64,000 nucleotides of DNA, from contig NC_057718.1 in assembly GCF_004010195.1 (NCBI RefSeq), positions 53,751,615-53,815,614 of the forward strand, written 5' to 3'. The notes beneath the pieces were generated by a model that searched no databases, was not told where the DNA came from, and was given only the letters and a program-made list of their open reading frames with translations. Positions 25,993-38,329 of the stretch are shown piece after piece (position 1 is the first letter of the stretch; each line of letters opens with the position of its first letter). The DNA is from Chiloscyllium plagiosum. Lineage: Eukaryota. The translations under genes and the position numbers were made by a program.

Positions 25993-26170
25993 AGCTCAGG
26001 TTGAGGTTCTGGGTTTAGGTTTGCTCACTGAGCTGTAAGGTTTATTTTCAGACGTTTTATCATCATACTAGATAACATCTTCAGTGAACCTCCGGAAGAA
26101 GATGTTACCTCGTGTGGTGATGAAACATCTGAAAATGAACCTTCCAGCTCAGCGAGCAAACATACATCCA
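25993..26170. mobile_element. Inverted-repeat mini-element, PLE-type family C, with hammerhead-like motif
   Basis: Arms ~26010-26082 and ~26098-26170. The minus strand of 26051-26084 reads ctgaagatgttatctagtatgatgataaaacgtc. Confidence 0.65.
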
Positions 26171-26219
26171 CCCTTCATCCTTGAAAGGATTCACTCCTCT
26201 GCACACTCTCATGTTTAAC

Positions 26220-26960
26220 CTATTGGCACAGGAAGAGACAATAGAACTTAATGACATGATTGTAAAGAGTTTGAAAGAATACAGGGACTGAGAGTTCATA
26301 TGCGTAAATATTTAAAGGTAGCAGGAAATAGAGTCATTAGAAAAACCCATGACATCCTGTATTCAATATCTTCAGCTGTGAAACACAAAAGCAGGGAGAT
26401 TACACTGAACCTTTATGAACCCTGATTTGACCATAACTGGAGCATTACACCCAGTTCTGGTCACTACAAGTAGGGAAAGGTATGAAGGACCTTCAGAGAT
26501 ACTGAGAAGATTGAATAGAATGGTTCAGGAATGAGGGATCTTAGCTCCCACTTAGACTGGAGAAGTTGGGTTTGCTCTCATTGGATCAAAGGGATTGACA
26601 GGAGATTTGACAAATCTGTACAGGATTATAAGCAATTTATACAATGTAGATAAAGAAAACCTGGCCTTATTTGTTGCTCGTAACACGACTGTGCTATACA
26701 GATTTAGGTATTGGGAAACAGGTGACGGACAATGTGAGAAATAACTTCTATCATGCAACAATTTGTAATGACCTGGGAATTGCTAACAAGGAGAGTACAA
26801 CTGAGGACAATCAATGATTCTAAAATAAAATTGTTTCGGTACTTGAGGGAAATGAACTCACAAATCCAGCAGTACAGAGCTGAGAATGGGACTGACTAGA
26901 TTAACTCCAAACTGACTTTCTGTAAAGCAATGTCCAAATGATGTCTTTTGTGTCATAATG
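26220..26960 (+). mobile_element. Old CR1 3' fragment
   Basis: ctggagcattacacccagttctggtca (LEYCxQFWS-like) and downstream CR1 3' sequence. Confidence 0.7.
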
Positions 26961-26961
26961 C

Positions 26962-27140
26962 TAAAAATCACACAACGCAAGTTATAGTCCAACAGAATTA
27001 TTTGGAAGTACATGCTTTCGGAGGTAGACTAAGGAGCACCACACCGAAAGCTAGTGCTTCCAAATAAACCTGTTGCACTATAACCTGGTGTTGTGTGATT
27101 TTTAACTTTGTCCAGTCCAGTCCAACACTGCCACCTCCAC
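26962..27140. mobile_element. PLE family-B inverted terminal-repeat mini-element
   Basis: Arms ~26962-27021 and ~27044-27104; same repeat as 8840-8920. Confidence 0.8.
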
Positions 27141-29139
27141 GTCATTGTATTATAATGACTCTGCAATTCAAAGATGCAATGGATTTGAAGTCTTGATTTC
27201 CTGAGGTGAAGTGAGAGTCTACTCAACTGATATCCATCCACCATACATAAACATGCATAAACCGTAAACATGCAGTGATCTCACCGACAGAGTGTGCACT
27301 ATCTACTTAAAAGTACATACGTTAAATCTTCATCACAGAAACACACCATTAAGTACAAACAGGGCTTGTCAGTATTTATGCTCCATTCCAATCTTTTCCA
27401 ATTTTATTTTTTTTTGTATAAACCTGTCATTGTAACAGTCTATTCATTTTTCCTTCAAATGTTTGTTTAGCTGCCACCTAAACACTATTGGTTTCAATCA
27501 TTCCCTATGATAACAAATTCCACATTTTCACCACTCTTTATGTAAGTATATTGCTTTTGAAATCCCTATTGGATTTCTTGGTGTCTATGTGATATTGATG
27601 ATCTCATCTCCACCAGAGGAAACATTCTCTCTACATCCACGCTACCATGATCTTTTCTAATTTTAAAGAGATCCATAAAATCACCGCTCAGCCTTTGAGA
27701 AAGTGCACTGCTAACTTCCATCCATAAAACCTTCCAAACTAACAACCTTCACCATTAAGAAGGATAAGAGCAAAAAAGAAAGGAAGTGCTACACTGCTGC
27801 AAGCTTCCTCCATGTCAGGCATCGTCTTGATTTGTAATTGTATTGCCATTCATAACTATTACTGCATTAGAAATTTCAAACTCCTTTCGTAACAACTTTA
27901 TGATGAGCCTATATCAGAGGCAGCATTTCAAAACACATCATCTTATCAAGCATACATTTGCATGAGCAATGTATGTTGGTCCTACCAGCAAATCCTACAT
28001 TTCTTAAATGAATAAAAATAAATGGAACACCCCAGCCACTCACAATATTATGTATAATAAAGTAACTGTATTTGTACCCCAATGTCTTTTGCGACTGTTG
28101 TTATCTATTCAGGTTATTTTTATGTCCATTGATATATTCCTTACTCAGGAGTATGTTTGTTTAAAAAGTAATAACGGTTGTCAGATTTGGTAAACTGAGG
28201 GGACGTTCGAGCTCCTTTTGGCTAAGCAATTCAATATTTTAAGTGATCCTTCTCCAAGCTATTTAAGAGACTTATTTAAGGCTGAAGAACTGTGTTTCTC
28301 CAATGCCATCCATTTAAAAATGCATTATCCATGTGGATTTAAAAATCTTTGATTTCTAGCATCTTGAGAAGGCTTAATTGTTTTAGCTGTGTTTGCCCAG
28401 GCAATATTATGTTTGTCAGTTATCTGCAACACTGTTGGGTTTTTGAGAAAAACATGTTTAAATTTCATGCATTGCTTCACTTATCTAATTCTGTTTTAAC
28501 AAGGTTTAGTCTCTATGGTATCATCTCTTTCGTTGTTATTTCCTTTGGCCCTTTATCTCTAGACTGCCCTAAGTCAGGCATATTTGCTGGAGAGCTGAGG
28601 TTCATTTCCATTTGTTCAAGTGATAAATTTGGATAATATCAACGGAAATGCAATTGGATGCCTTAAATTGCTGCTGGCAATAAGTTAAATAGCTGTGGAT
28701 TGGAATGATGCAGCAATAAACTTATACTGTGTACCTTTCTGAAGTGCCTTCACAGCTCACAGTTCAGATACCTTCTTTTGTTAATTTTGACAACTTTATG
28801 ACAGCATCATATCAGAGTTAAAAATACTATTTAGATATTCAAATTTAACACAGTTTAACAATAACATTCATGCCATTTTAATAATTCTAAATTAGTCTCA
28901 CTTCAAACTGAGGACTATCATTCTAATCTGTTCAAGTTCCAAACTGGGGTGTTATTTACTAAAAACAGAAGTGTCAACCATCTAATTCCAATCAATTCAA
29001 ATAAATTATCTTTCCTTTATAAGGCCCCTTCAAATAAAAAACATCAGACTAATTTTAACATTATTGCTTTGACAGAACTGTTTCAAAGTAATGTTGTTAC
29101 ATGTAATTGTACTTAATATCAGCCAATATTTCTACAATT

Positions 29140-30295
29140 AGAGACAAAAAACCTGCAGATGCTGTAATCCAAAGTAGACAGGCAGGATGCTGGAAGAACA
29201 CAGCAAGCCAAGCATCAAGAGGGGGAGAAGGCAATGTTTCAGATGTAACCCTTCGCAGGACTGGCAATGGGAGTAAGGGGAGCTGCAGATAAAAGGGGTG
29301 GCTGGGGTGGGGGGCAGGGTTTTGAGGTGGGGATAGGTGAGCACAGGTTGAGGGTTTGACCTGGTTGGTCGATGAAAGGAATGAATACGTTTGGTGGCTT
29401 GAAGGAAGGGGTCAATGAGAGGACTGGAAGGGAGGGGGAGGAGCTGGGAGGGGAGTTGGATGATAGAAATGGAGGTTATTTGAAACTGGAGAACTCAATG
29501 TTGAGTCCTCCAGGCTGTAGGCTGCCCAGGCGGAAGATGAGGTGGTGTTCCTCCAATTTGTGATCTGATTCATTGTAGCAATGAAGGAGGCCAAGGATGG
29601 TCATGTCAGAAAGGGAGTTGGAAAGGGGAATTAAAATGGGTGGTGACTGGCAGATCAGATTGGCCCGTGTGGGCTCAGCTGAGATTCTCTGTGAAATGTT
29701 CCCTAAGTTTACATTTAGACTCCATAATGTAGAGAAGATCACATTGGGAGCACTGGATACAGTAAACTAGGAGAGGCAGGTGAACCTCTGTCTCATCTGG
29801 AAGGACTGTCTGGGGCCCTGGATAGAGGTCTGTGGGGTGGGGTTGGGGGGGAGGGGGTGGTGTGTTGGAAGATTTTGCATCTTTTCTGGTTGCAGAGGGT
29901 TGGGAGGATTGGGGGTGTTGATGGGGAGAGTGGCACAAACCAAGGACTGTCAAAGGGAATGGTCCTTATGGAAGTTGGGGGGGGGTGCGAGATGTTCTTG
30001 GTGGAGGTGTCTAGTTGGAGTTGGCAGAAGTGTTTAAGGATGATGCATTGGATGTGAGGCTGATGGGGTAGTAGGTGAGGACAAGGGGAACCTGCATTTA
30101 TTGAATTAAACGGGAGGTTTAGAGCAGTGGAGCAGGGAATGGAAGTGGTGCGGTGGAAGGCTGTCTGGATGACAGAGGGAGGAAAAGCATGTTGTTCAAA
30201 ATAGGTGGACATCTTGGATGCTTGGGAGTGGAATGTCTCCTCATCCAAACAGATGTGGCGGAGGCAGGGGAATATTTCTGCCATGTTTTGTGACA
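29140..30295 (-). mobile_element. Penelope-like element (RT C-terminus, GIY-YIG, terminal repeat)
   Basis: LVYCIQCSQCDLLYIMESK (ORF 29675); KLEEHHLIFRLGSLQPGGLNIEF (ORF 29476); terminal repeat with cctgcgaagggttacatctgaaac on the minus strand. Confidence 0.9.
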
Positions 30296-30314
30296 CTGAC
30301 AGTAGGATAAAGAA

Positions 30315-30425
30315 TGACTCTGATGAAAGATTATTGACCTGAAACTGTTTCTCCGCACAGGTGCTGACTGACCAGTTGAGTATTTACAGATTCTCTGTTT
30401 GGATTTTAGATTGGCAGTATTTTTA
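30315..30425 (+). mobile_element. Degenerate PLE-type terminal repeat
   Basis: ctgatgaaagattattgacctgaaac at 30320-30345 followed by the family tail. Confidence 0.6.
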
Positions 30426-30436
30426 TTATGCTTTCA

Positions 30437-31737
30437 GGTAGGAAAGTAAGTTGTGTGGAAGACACAAAAAATCTGCGAAGGAATTGATAGGTTAAATGAG
30501 AGGGCAAAAAAATGACTAATGAAATATATATGAAAAAATGTGTGGTTATTCTCTTTGTCTGGGTGAACATAAAAGCAAAATATTATTTAAGCACAATGCT
30601 ACAATACAGCAGAAATGGGATATCCACCTACTTGAACACAAGAAATTAATATGTAGGTACAGCAAGCAATTAAGAAAGAAAATGGAATTTTGGCATTTAT
30701 TGCAATGGGGACAATGTATAAAAATAGAGAAGTCTTGCAATAATTGTGTGTGGAACTGGTGAAATTATTTTTGAAGAATATATACAGATTTGGTCTCCTT
30801 ATTTAAGAAAGGATGTACTTTCATTGGAGGATAGCTTCAAGGAAGTTGGGTCGGTTAATTCCTGGAATTCCCGTATGTGGGAAATTTCTTGAAAAAAATA
30901 TCTTGTTCATCGATTCATGGGGTATAGGTGTCACTATCTTGGCCAACATTTATTTCTGACCCCTAACTGCTTGGAGAACAAAAATAAAATCAACCATATT
31001 GCAAAGGTCAGATAAGATGGGTCGCATGGTGGCACAAGGGTTACCATTGATGCCTCTCAGCGCCAGGGACCCTGGTTTGATTCCAGCATTGAGTGGCTGG
31101 CTGTGTGGAATTTACCTTTTCTCCATGTTTCTGTGCAGGTTTCTGCCAAATGCTCCAGTTTCCTCTCACAATCCAAAGATGCATAGTTTACATGGATTGG
31201 CCATGATAAATTGCCCCATAGTGTACAGGGATGTGCAGGCTAGGTGGATTACTAAAGGTAAATGCGGGGTTACAGGGACAGGGGATCTGTTCCGGGGGTT
31301 GGTGCAAATGTGATGGGCTAAATGGCCTCTGCACTGTAGGGGTTATATGATTCTGAGAGATCTTATCGAAGGATATAAGATTGAGAGGGAGATTGATATG
31401 GCAGATGCTAAGACGACATTTTCTTTCACGGGGAATATAAATTCAGGAGCCATATTCTCAGTCTATGAGATCTTCATTTAAAATGGATTTGAGAAAGAAA
31501 TTCTTTCACAGAGAATCATGAATCTTTAGAATTCTCTATCCAAGATAGTGTGGAGGCTCAATTATTCAATATGCTCAAGGTTGAGATAAGCAATTTTGAA
31601 AAAAAGGGAGCAAAGGGTTAAAGGAAAAAGTAGAAACAGGGAGTTGAGGCCATGACTGTAACTATGACTTTATTGAATGACAGAAGAGGACTGAGAAGCC
31701 ATCTCCTGCATCAGTTCCTGTTTCTTATGCTCTGTGA
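30437..31737 (+). mobile_element. Old CR1 3' region interrupted by a SINE
   Basis: CR1 motifs (tttggtctccttatttaagaaaggat) and 3' tail. Confidence 0.75.
31019..31354 (+). mobile_element. HE1-like SINE
   Basis: Head gggtcgcatggtggcac, V-core, tail gcactgtagggg..atgattct. Confidence 0.82.
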
Positions 31738-31984
31738 TCAAGCCTCTATTTTTAAAATTTGCATTTGTATAATATCTGTCAATCCTCTGAATGCCAACAG
31801 CTTCGGAACCAAAATGTATTACAGTTCGAGGACAGTTTATATATGGTAAAATCCCAGAAACAAAATTAATAGCCAACCAATTTATTTTAGAAAATATAAA
31901 TTGTGACCTAAAGATACCAAAAGAGCATCTTACTCTTTTCCATAAAAATAAGTGTCATGATGTGAATGAACAAATTATAGGTTA

Positions 31985-32130
31985 TTAATGTCTCATCTGA
32001 ATGATAATGCAGTCCTTCATTAGTGCTGCATTGAAATGTCAGCCCTGATTCTGCATCCACATCCTAGAATAGGGCTTGAACCTGCAAGTTACTCATTCAG
32101 AAGATGGAGCACAAAGATTGGGCTAAGCTG
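31985..32130 (-). mobile_element. DeuSINE-like fragment
   Basis: Reverse complement reads ggttcaagccc...gggctgacatttcaatgcagcactaatgaaggactgcatt...cagatgagacattaa, resembling a tRNA head plus Deu domain. Confidence 0.55.
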
Positions 32131-32972
32131 GTCTTTCTGAATGGATCAATAACATTTTAACATTAAACATGGTTTTTCCTAAATATTAATGAGCTCCTCT
32201 CATTTTTCTATTCTAAAGAAATGGAATCTGTCAGTTGTGCTTGTCTGAGCACTAACCGTTGTTGATTCCCATAGCAAGTTGTTTTCTGGAAATAAAACAC
32301 TAAGTAAATATTGTGACATAATTCACTTATGGAAACCTAACCATGTCTGATACTTCAGTTAAAATATCAAACAATTGTTCTTAGCGGCTTCAGTCAGGAA
32401 CAATGCAACGTTAGGGAAATACGAAATAATTAATATTTAATACTTGCGTAAGATGTTTAGTATAAAATGTGTCCCTTTCATTTAAATATGGCATTTGATT
32501 GTTTGTTATACACTCAAAGAGCAACAAATATCTCTAATCACATTTATTTGAAAACACTCAGCAATGATTGCTCTTCATACTGTTTCTCCATTTTCAATAT
32601 TGTCTATTTACTCTCCAAAAGTCTTTAATAAAATCTGCTGGTGACCATCCTAAAAAGAGCAATATATCTGCTGAAATATTTCAATCCTTTGATGTGATGA
32701 TGCTGTCACTTTACAATGGTTATTTTGTCTTTTTTTTTTGAAGAGAGGTTGTAAAGGCAGAGGTGCAGAAGAGTTGAAACACAAACAAAAGAAGGAGGCA
32801 TTTAGAATAACTTAACTATTGGAAAACTTAATCGACCTGATACAATAGCTTAACTAATTCACTATTCCAATGTAATAACATCCTGCAAGCACAACCCTTG
32901 GCTAAAAGATAAATTCAAACACAAATTCTTATAGGCAGGAGGGAACAACATCCAGAGAGAGATTTCAAGGAA

Positions 32973-33136
32973 AGTGAGAGGAATCCTTTACTGAAGCTTG
33001 TAACTCAGCTGAACAATGGAAGGGGAGTGGCCAGTTCTCTCAGTTCAGGTTTTTTTCTAGTCTTTTTTAGCCGTAGCAGTCACAAGATGCATGGGTCCAG
33101 AAGAGTTACAAGCTTCAGTAAAGGATTCCTCTCACT
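32973..33136. repeat. Perfect 34-bp inverted repeat with 96-bp spacer
   Basis: agtgagaggaatcctttactgaagcttgtaactc (32973-33006) is the exact reverse complement of 33103-33136. Confidence 0.95.
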
Positions 33137-34299
33137 GAGAGGATCAGGACTGAGCGTGCTCTGATGGTGACACTGGAGTTTCACACAAATCCAGAGAAAA
33201 TGCCTCCAGTCTGCTGTTGACAGATGGACATACAGCACTAATGCCAAGAACATTGTTCAGAAAGGCAAGTGCATGGAACCATCAGATAAATCTATGTGTT
33301 GTCCACTCCATAATCATACAGCAAGAGGCAAAAAGAAACATAGAGAGTCTACCCCACCCTCAGGACAACCACTACCTCCTGCTCTACCCTATACACCATC
33401 TTGAGGATGATGGAGACTCCTCAGGGAAGCACCATCATGGAATCCACTCCCTCCAATGCCGAGCTCTTGACCTTCTCGATTCAGCTCAGCATCCCTCCCT
33501 GGTGAATATGGTCATAACAGGGGCCCCAGCTGATGCAGCTTGTCTTCACCAAAGTCCCAAGAAAAAGGAGGATGGTTGGCGACAGGATCTTGCTGAATCC
33601 CATGCAAATTTCCAGCCCCTGGATTTATCGGTAAGTGACCTGATGGTGATGTAGATATGGGCAGGGGAACATTTAGCAGAGATATCAGATCTAGACCAGA
33701 GTTAAGGATGAAGGTGTCCATCAGAATTAGAGCTACAGTATAGTTCCAGCACGTGTGCACTTATCTGGCTCCGTGGACACGGTAACGGCTTTGGTCCAGC
33801 AGAACCATTACTGCCTGCTGAAAATGTGCTTTAACATTTGTTCCACTGGGTACATGTCCACTGCTACAAAGCAAGAAGGGATGGCACTGCAGTATCCTGC
33901 AAATGCCTATCCCCCTCAAGAGGTCATGCAGATTTCATTTGCAGTGAACTGAAGAGGCACAACTCCAGTACCCCAGAGGGTTCATTGGAAATCACTGTAA
34001 GAGTGCCCTGCTGCTCCACCTCAGCTCTGCCTGTCAGCTCCAGCAGGTCAGGCCCTGAAGGATACATCTTCACCTGTGCAGGGGCACATCAGCAATCTGG
34101 AGGCTTCCAGGTCTCGGAGAACACAAGGAAAGAAGCCAAGATCATTGCAGACAATGGAATAAGGCAGTCAGCAGGATGTGTTCAATTCAGCCGGGGATAA
34201 TTGGGTTGTACCTGTGTGAAATAATAGGAAAAGGAAGGTTAAACAATCATACAGGCACATGATGGCAGAGGTGAACAGCCATCTCTTTGTTTTATTTAT

Positions 34300-35560
34300 C
34301 AGATGATGCGGCATCGCTGACTACACCAGTGTTTAATGTCAGTTCCTTTATCTCTCTGGAGAAGATGCTGCAGTGCTGCCTTTTTAAACAAGTGCAGTTC
34401 ATTTGTTGTAGGTACATCACAATACTGTTAGGTAATGTGTTCCAGGTTTTGGCTTTGTGATAGTAAAGGAACAGTGATATATTTCCAAGTCAGGATGGTG
34501 AGTGGCTTGCAGGTGCTGGTGTTCCCAAGTATCTGATGCCATTGTCCTTACTAGATGATAGTGTTTGTGCATTTCAAAAGTGCTATCTAAGAAGCCTTGG
34601 TGAGTTTCTGCAGTGCATCTTGTAGATGGTACACACTGCTGCTACTGAGTATTGGCAGTGGAGAAACTGGATGATTCTGGATACAGTACCAATCAACCAG
34701 GCTGCTTTATCCTGAAGATGTTAAGCTGCTTGAGTGTTTTTAGAGGTGCAATCATTCAAGTGAGTGGGGAGCATTCCATTACATTCCTGTACCTTTTAAA
34801 CGATGGACAAGCTTTAGGGAATCAGACGGTGAGTTATGCACTGTCGATTAGCCTCTGACTTGCTCTTTCAATCACAGTATTTATATGGCTAGTCTAGTTC
34901 AGTTTCTGGTCAGCAGTAACCCTCAGAATCTGTGACGTGAATGTTACTTATCATTTGTCTGCCTGAGCCTGGAAATTGACCAAGTTTTGCTGCTTTTGGA
35001 AATGGACTGCTTCAGTACCTACAGAGTCACGAGTGGTGTTGAATATTCTACAATCATCAGTGAACATCCCCTCTTTTGCCCTTATGATGGAGAGAAGGTA
35101 TTAATGAAGCAGCTGAAGATGGTTGGACCAAGGACTCTACCCTGAGGAACTCCTGCAGAGATGTCCCAAGGGTGTGATGACTGACCTCCAAACACCACAG
35201 TCATCTTCCCTTCTACCTGGTGTGGCTCCAAACAGTGGAGAGTTTTACACCTGATTTTCATTGACTCCAGTTTCGCTAGGACAACTCCTTCACATCACAG
35301 TCAGTCAAATGATGTCAAGGGCAGACAATCTCAATTAGATTAATCCATTTGTGAAGATGAATATATTTGTGGATCCTCCATCTGGTCATCCAAAGCCAAT
35401 CACAACTGGATGTGACAGGACTGCAGAACTTTGATCTGATCCATTGGCTGTGGAATAACTTAGCTCTATCTATCATTGATGCTCAGTTTTGAGTTGCTGG
35501 ATCTGTTTCACCTTTATCCCATTTAACACTGTGATAGCACCTGATGGAGAATACCTTCAA
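34300..35560 (-). mobile_element. Old LINE, same family as 10395
   Basis: Colinear similarity with 10395-11800 (aacatcccc..cttatgatgg..gcagctgaagatggttgg..ccctgaggaactcctgca). Confidence 0.8.
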
Positions 35561-35974
35561 TATGAAAACAGGAATTTGTCTCCATAAGGAATGTACGGAG
35601 CTCACTCAATATCACTTGTAAATACACATTAAATTGTACTTTCCTGATATATATTGTCTTTCCATTATACTGTTAGTTGCTTCAATGGTGGCATGCATTT
35701 CAAAGCATTATGTTTTCTTCACTCTCATTCTCAATGGGCATTGACCATGGATATTGACTATTTATTGTGTCACATCATCAGTGGAGATATTTCTAAGTAC
35801 AATGTCATGTTAGAATTGAATGTTGGGCATCATTTATGCATGTGAGGCCTGGAAATGCTTATGCCGAACTCTCAAGCAATGTTCACCCCATTACTACCCC
35901 TCTGCAGTGGCTGTCTCGTCATACTCTGCCTCTTGCTGTGCTCTGGCCTGAACCACCCTGTTCTGTGTTCACCT

Positions 35975-36330
35975 CAATGTGGAGATGCTGTGTTGAACTG
36001 AGGTGGATAAAGTCAAAAGTCAACAGGTTTATTTAAAATGACGAGCTTTTGGAGCGCTGCTCCATCATGAGGTGAAGTGGAGAGAGGCGCACAGACACGG
36101 AATATGTAGGTGGAGAGATAATGGCAAGATAATTCCAGGTAATTAAAAATATGAACAGATAAGTACAAATAGTGTGAGTAGAGTATCGACAGGTTGCGTA
36201 CCATGTCTTTGCAGGTAATCAAGAGTGTCAACAGATTCAGAGAAGCAATGTGAGTAAAGTTTCAATAGCTGAATAACAGTGAAGGGATAGTCTATGCACC
36301 GACTAATTGAGCAGAGAAATAATTACAAAT
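35975..36330 (-). mobile_element. PLE family-B-like terminal repeat
   Basis: Reverse complement cacctcatgatggagcagcgctccaaaagctcgtc...aataaacctgttgac. Confidence 0.7.
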
Positions 36331-37114
36331 CATAATGCTCTCCTCAGCTGCACAACAATCCAGGGTTGACTTGCCCGAGCATCATGTGTAACTGTCATCA
36401 GTGAACAATCTGCAGGAATTGATCTAGTCAACATGTTCTTTGCAGCTCTCTTTCTGAGGGCTCTGAGATTTTATGGCAATGAGAAGCCCTGTACCTAGAA
36501 TCAGTCAAATCCTTGTCTTTACTTACCTCACCATGATAAGGACCATCCTGAAAAGGCAGAGACAGGTTCTCCTCTCAGTTATACAGCAATGCATGAAAAC
36601 CTGACAGATGTGAGCTATACCTGAACACGCTCTTTTAGTCACATTTTAGCTTCCTTCCATCATACTGGAGACATATCTGACAGACTAGACTTGGCTTCAG
36701 AGACTTTCCACCCACTTTGCCTATCAGCCCCGAACAGCAACCCAACACTGTTAAAGTTACACCTCAGCAGAGTGGTGCTCCAAACCCCATCCCTGACCCC
36801 TCAACCAACCACCCATCATCCTCTGCACTCCATTTGTAGAGCTTGAGATTCCAACAATTCTCAGAACCTCAGGAAAATCCTGACCAGTATGATTCTTAAT
36901 TTCCCCGCCATCTTTCTGTACATATACCCTTCACACATAAACATTGTCTTCATGGTCCATTTCCTGCATCAGACAATACTCACCTCTCCCCCACACACCC
37001 ACATCCTGAGCCCATGGAACTGCTACCTTTATCACTCTGACTCTCTCCCTTGGATAGGAGGAGCTGTTCTTCAGTGCTTGGTTTACTCCAGTGTGTCAGT
37101 ACGCTTTTCATAAA

Positions 37115-38040
37115 TTATTTGGAAGAAGGGACTGAAGATACTGTAGTGAAATTTGCTGATGACACAAAGGTAGGAAGGAAAGTGAGTTGTGAAGAGAATG
37201 TTAGAAGCTTATAAAGGGTTATAGAAAGGTTAGGTGAATGGGCAAAGATCTGGCAAGTAAAGAATAATGTAGGAAAGTGTAGAACTTTCCATTTTGGTCA
37301 GAAATAATGAAAAATGAATTAAAATTGTGAGAGGTTGCAAACTCTTGGGATGCAGAGAAATCTGGATATCTTAGAGCAGGAATTGTAGGTGGTTAGTATG
37401 CAGGTATAGCAAGTAATCAGGAAAGTTAATAGAATGGTATTTTTTTCGTTGTGAGGGAAGAGTTGGGATTTTACACTTCAGTGATACATGGCATTGGTAA
37501 GATTACATCTGGAACTCAGTATACATACTGGTCACCGTACTTATTGAAGAAAATTAGTGCATTGAGAGTACTTCAGAGAAAATTTACAAGATTCATGTCT
37601 GGAATGAACAAATTGTCTCATGGGGAAAGGCTTAACAGGCTAGGCCTTTATCCTCTGGAGTTTCAAAGAATCTGAGATGATGTAACTGAAACCATATAAG
37701 ATCCTGAGGCAACTTGATTGTATAGATGTTGAAAGGATATTTCCTTTTGTAGAAGAATCTAGAACAAAGAATCACAGTCTAAAAATAAAGGGTTGTCCAT
37801 TTAAGATCAAATGAGGGTTTGTTTTCACTCTTAGAGGGTTGCAAGTCTTCAAAAGGCAGTCGATGCAGAATTGTTAACTATTTTTAAGGTGGAGGTAGAT
37901 AGATTCTTGCTTATCAAGGGGATGAAAGATTATCGAGAGGAGGCAGGAATGTGTTGTTAAGGTTAACATCAGCTCAGCCTTGATCTTATTGAACGACAGA
38001 GCAGGTTTGAATGGGCCAAGTGGCCTATTCTTGTTCCTTG
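37115..38040 (+). mobile_element. CR1 RT C-terminus and 3' tail
   Basis: KFADDTK at ~37149; YWSPYLLKKISALRVLQRKFTR...ERLNRLGLYPLEFQR. Confidence 0.88.
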
Positions 38041-38329
38041 TATCTCGTTGACACCAGCCCTGTAGAGAAGCCTCATCCCCTGTGCATCTGGAGGAGCAGC
38101 CATTTTCTCCAGACACCTTACTATATGCTCCTGGGACTGACCCCTACTCTCAGTCACAATCAATGCCTGTTTGGACAACAATCCCCAAAGGAAACAACAC
38201 AGTGGCTGCTCACATCATCTCTACTAAGTCCAATATCTTGCTCAATGTATGTCAATTATAGTCAGTTGGGAATCTGAAGGCACATATTGCTTGCACATGG
38301 TGATCTTACTTGAGAAGGGGAGCTTAATT

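Noticed and set aside
30315..30425. Inverted 5' terminal repeat belonging to the PLE at 29140-30295
   Set aside because: Its sequence differs from that element's own terminal repeat, so it is treated as an independent older copy.
33217..34200. ORFs of 120-145 aa as a host gene
   Set aside because: No recognisable domain or splice structure; composition resembles decayed transposon accessory sequence.
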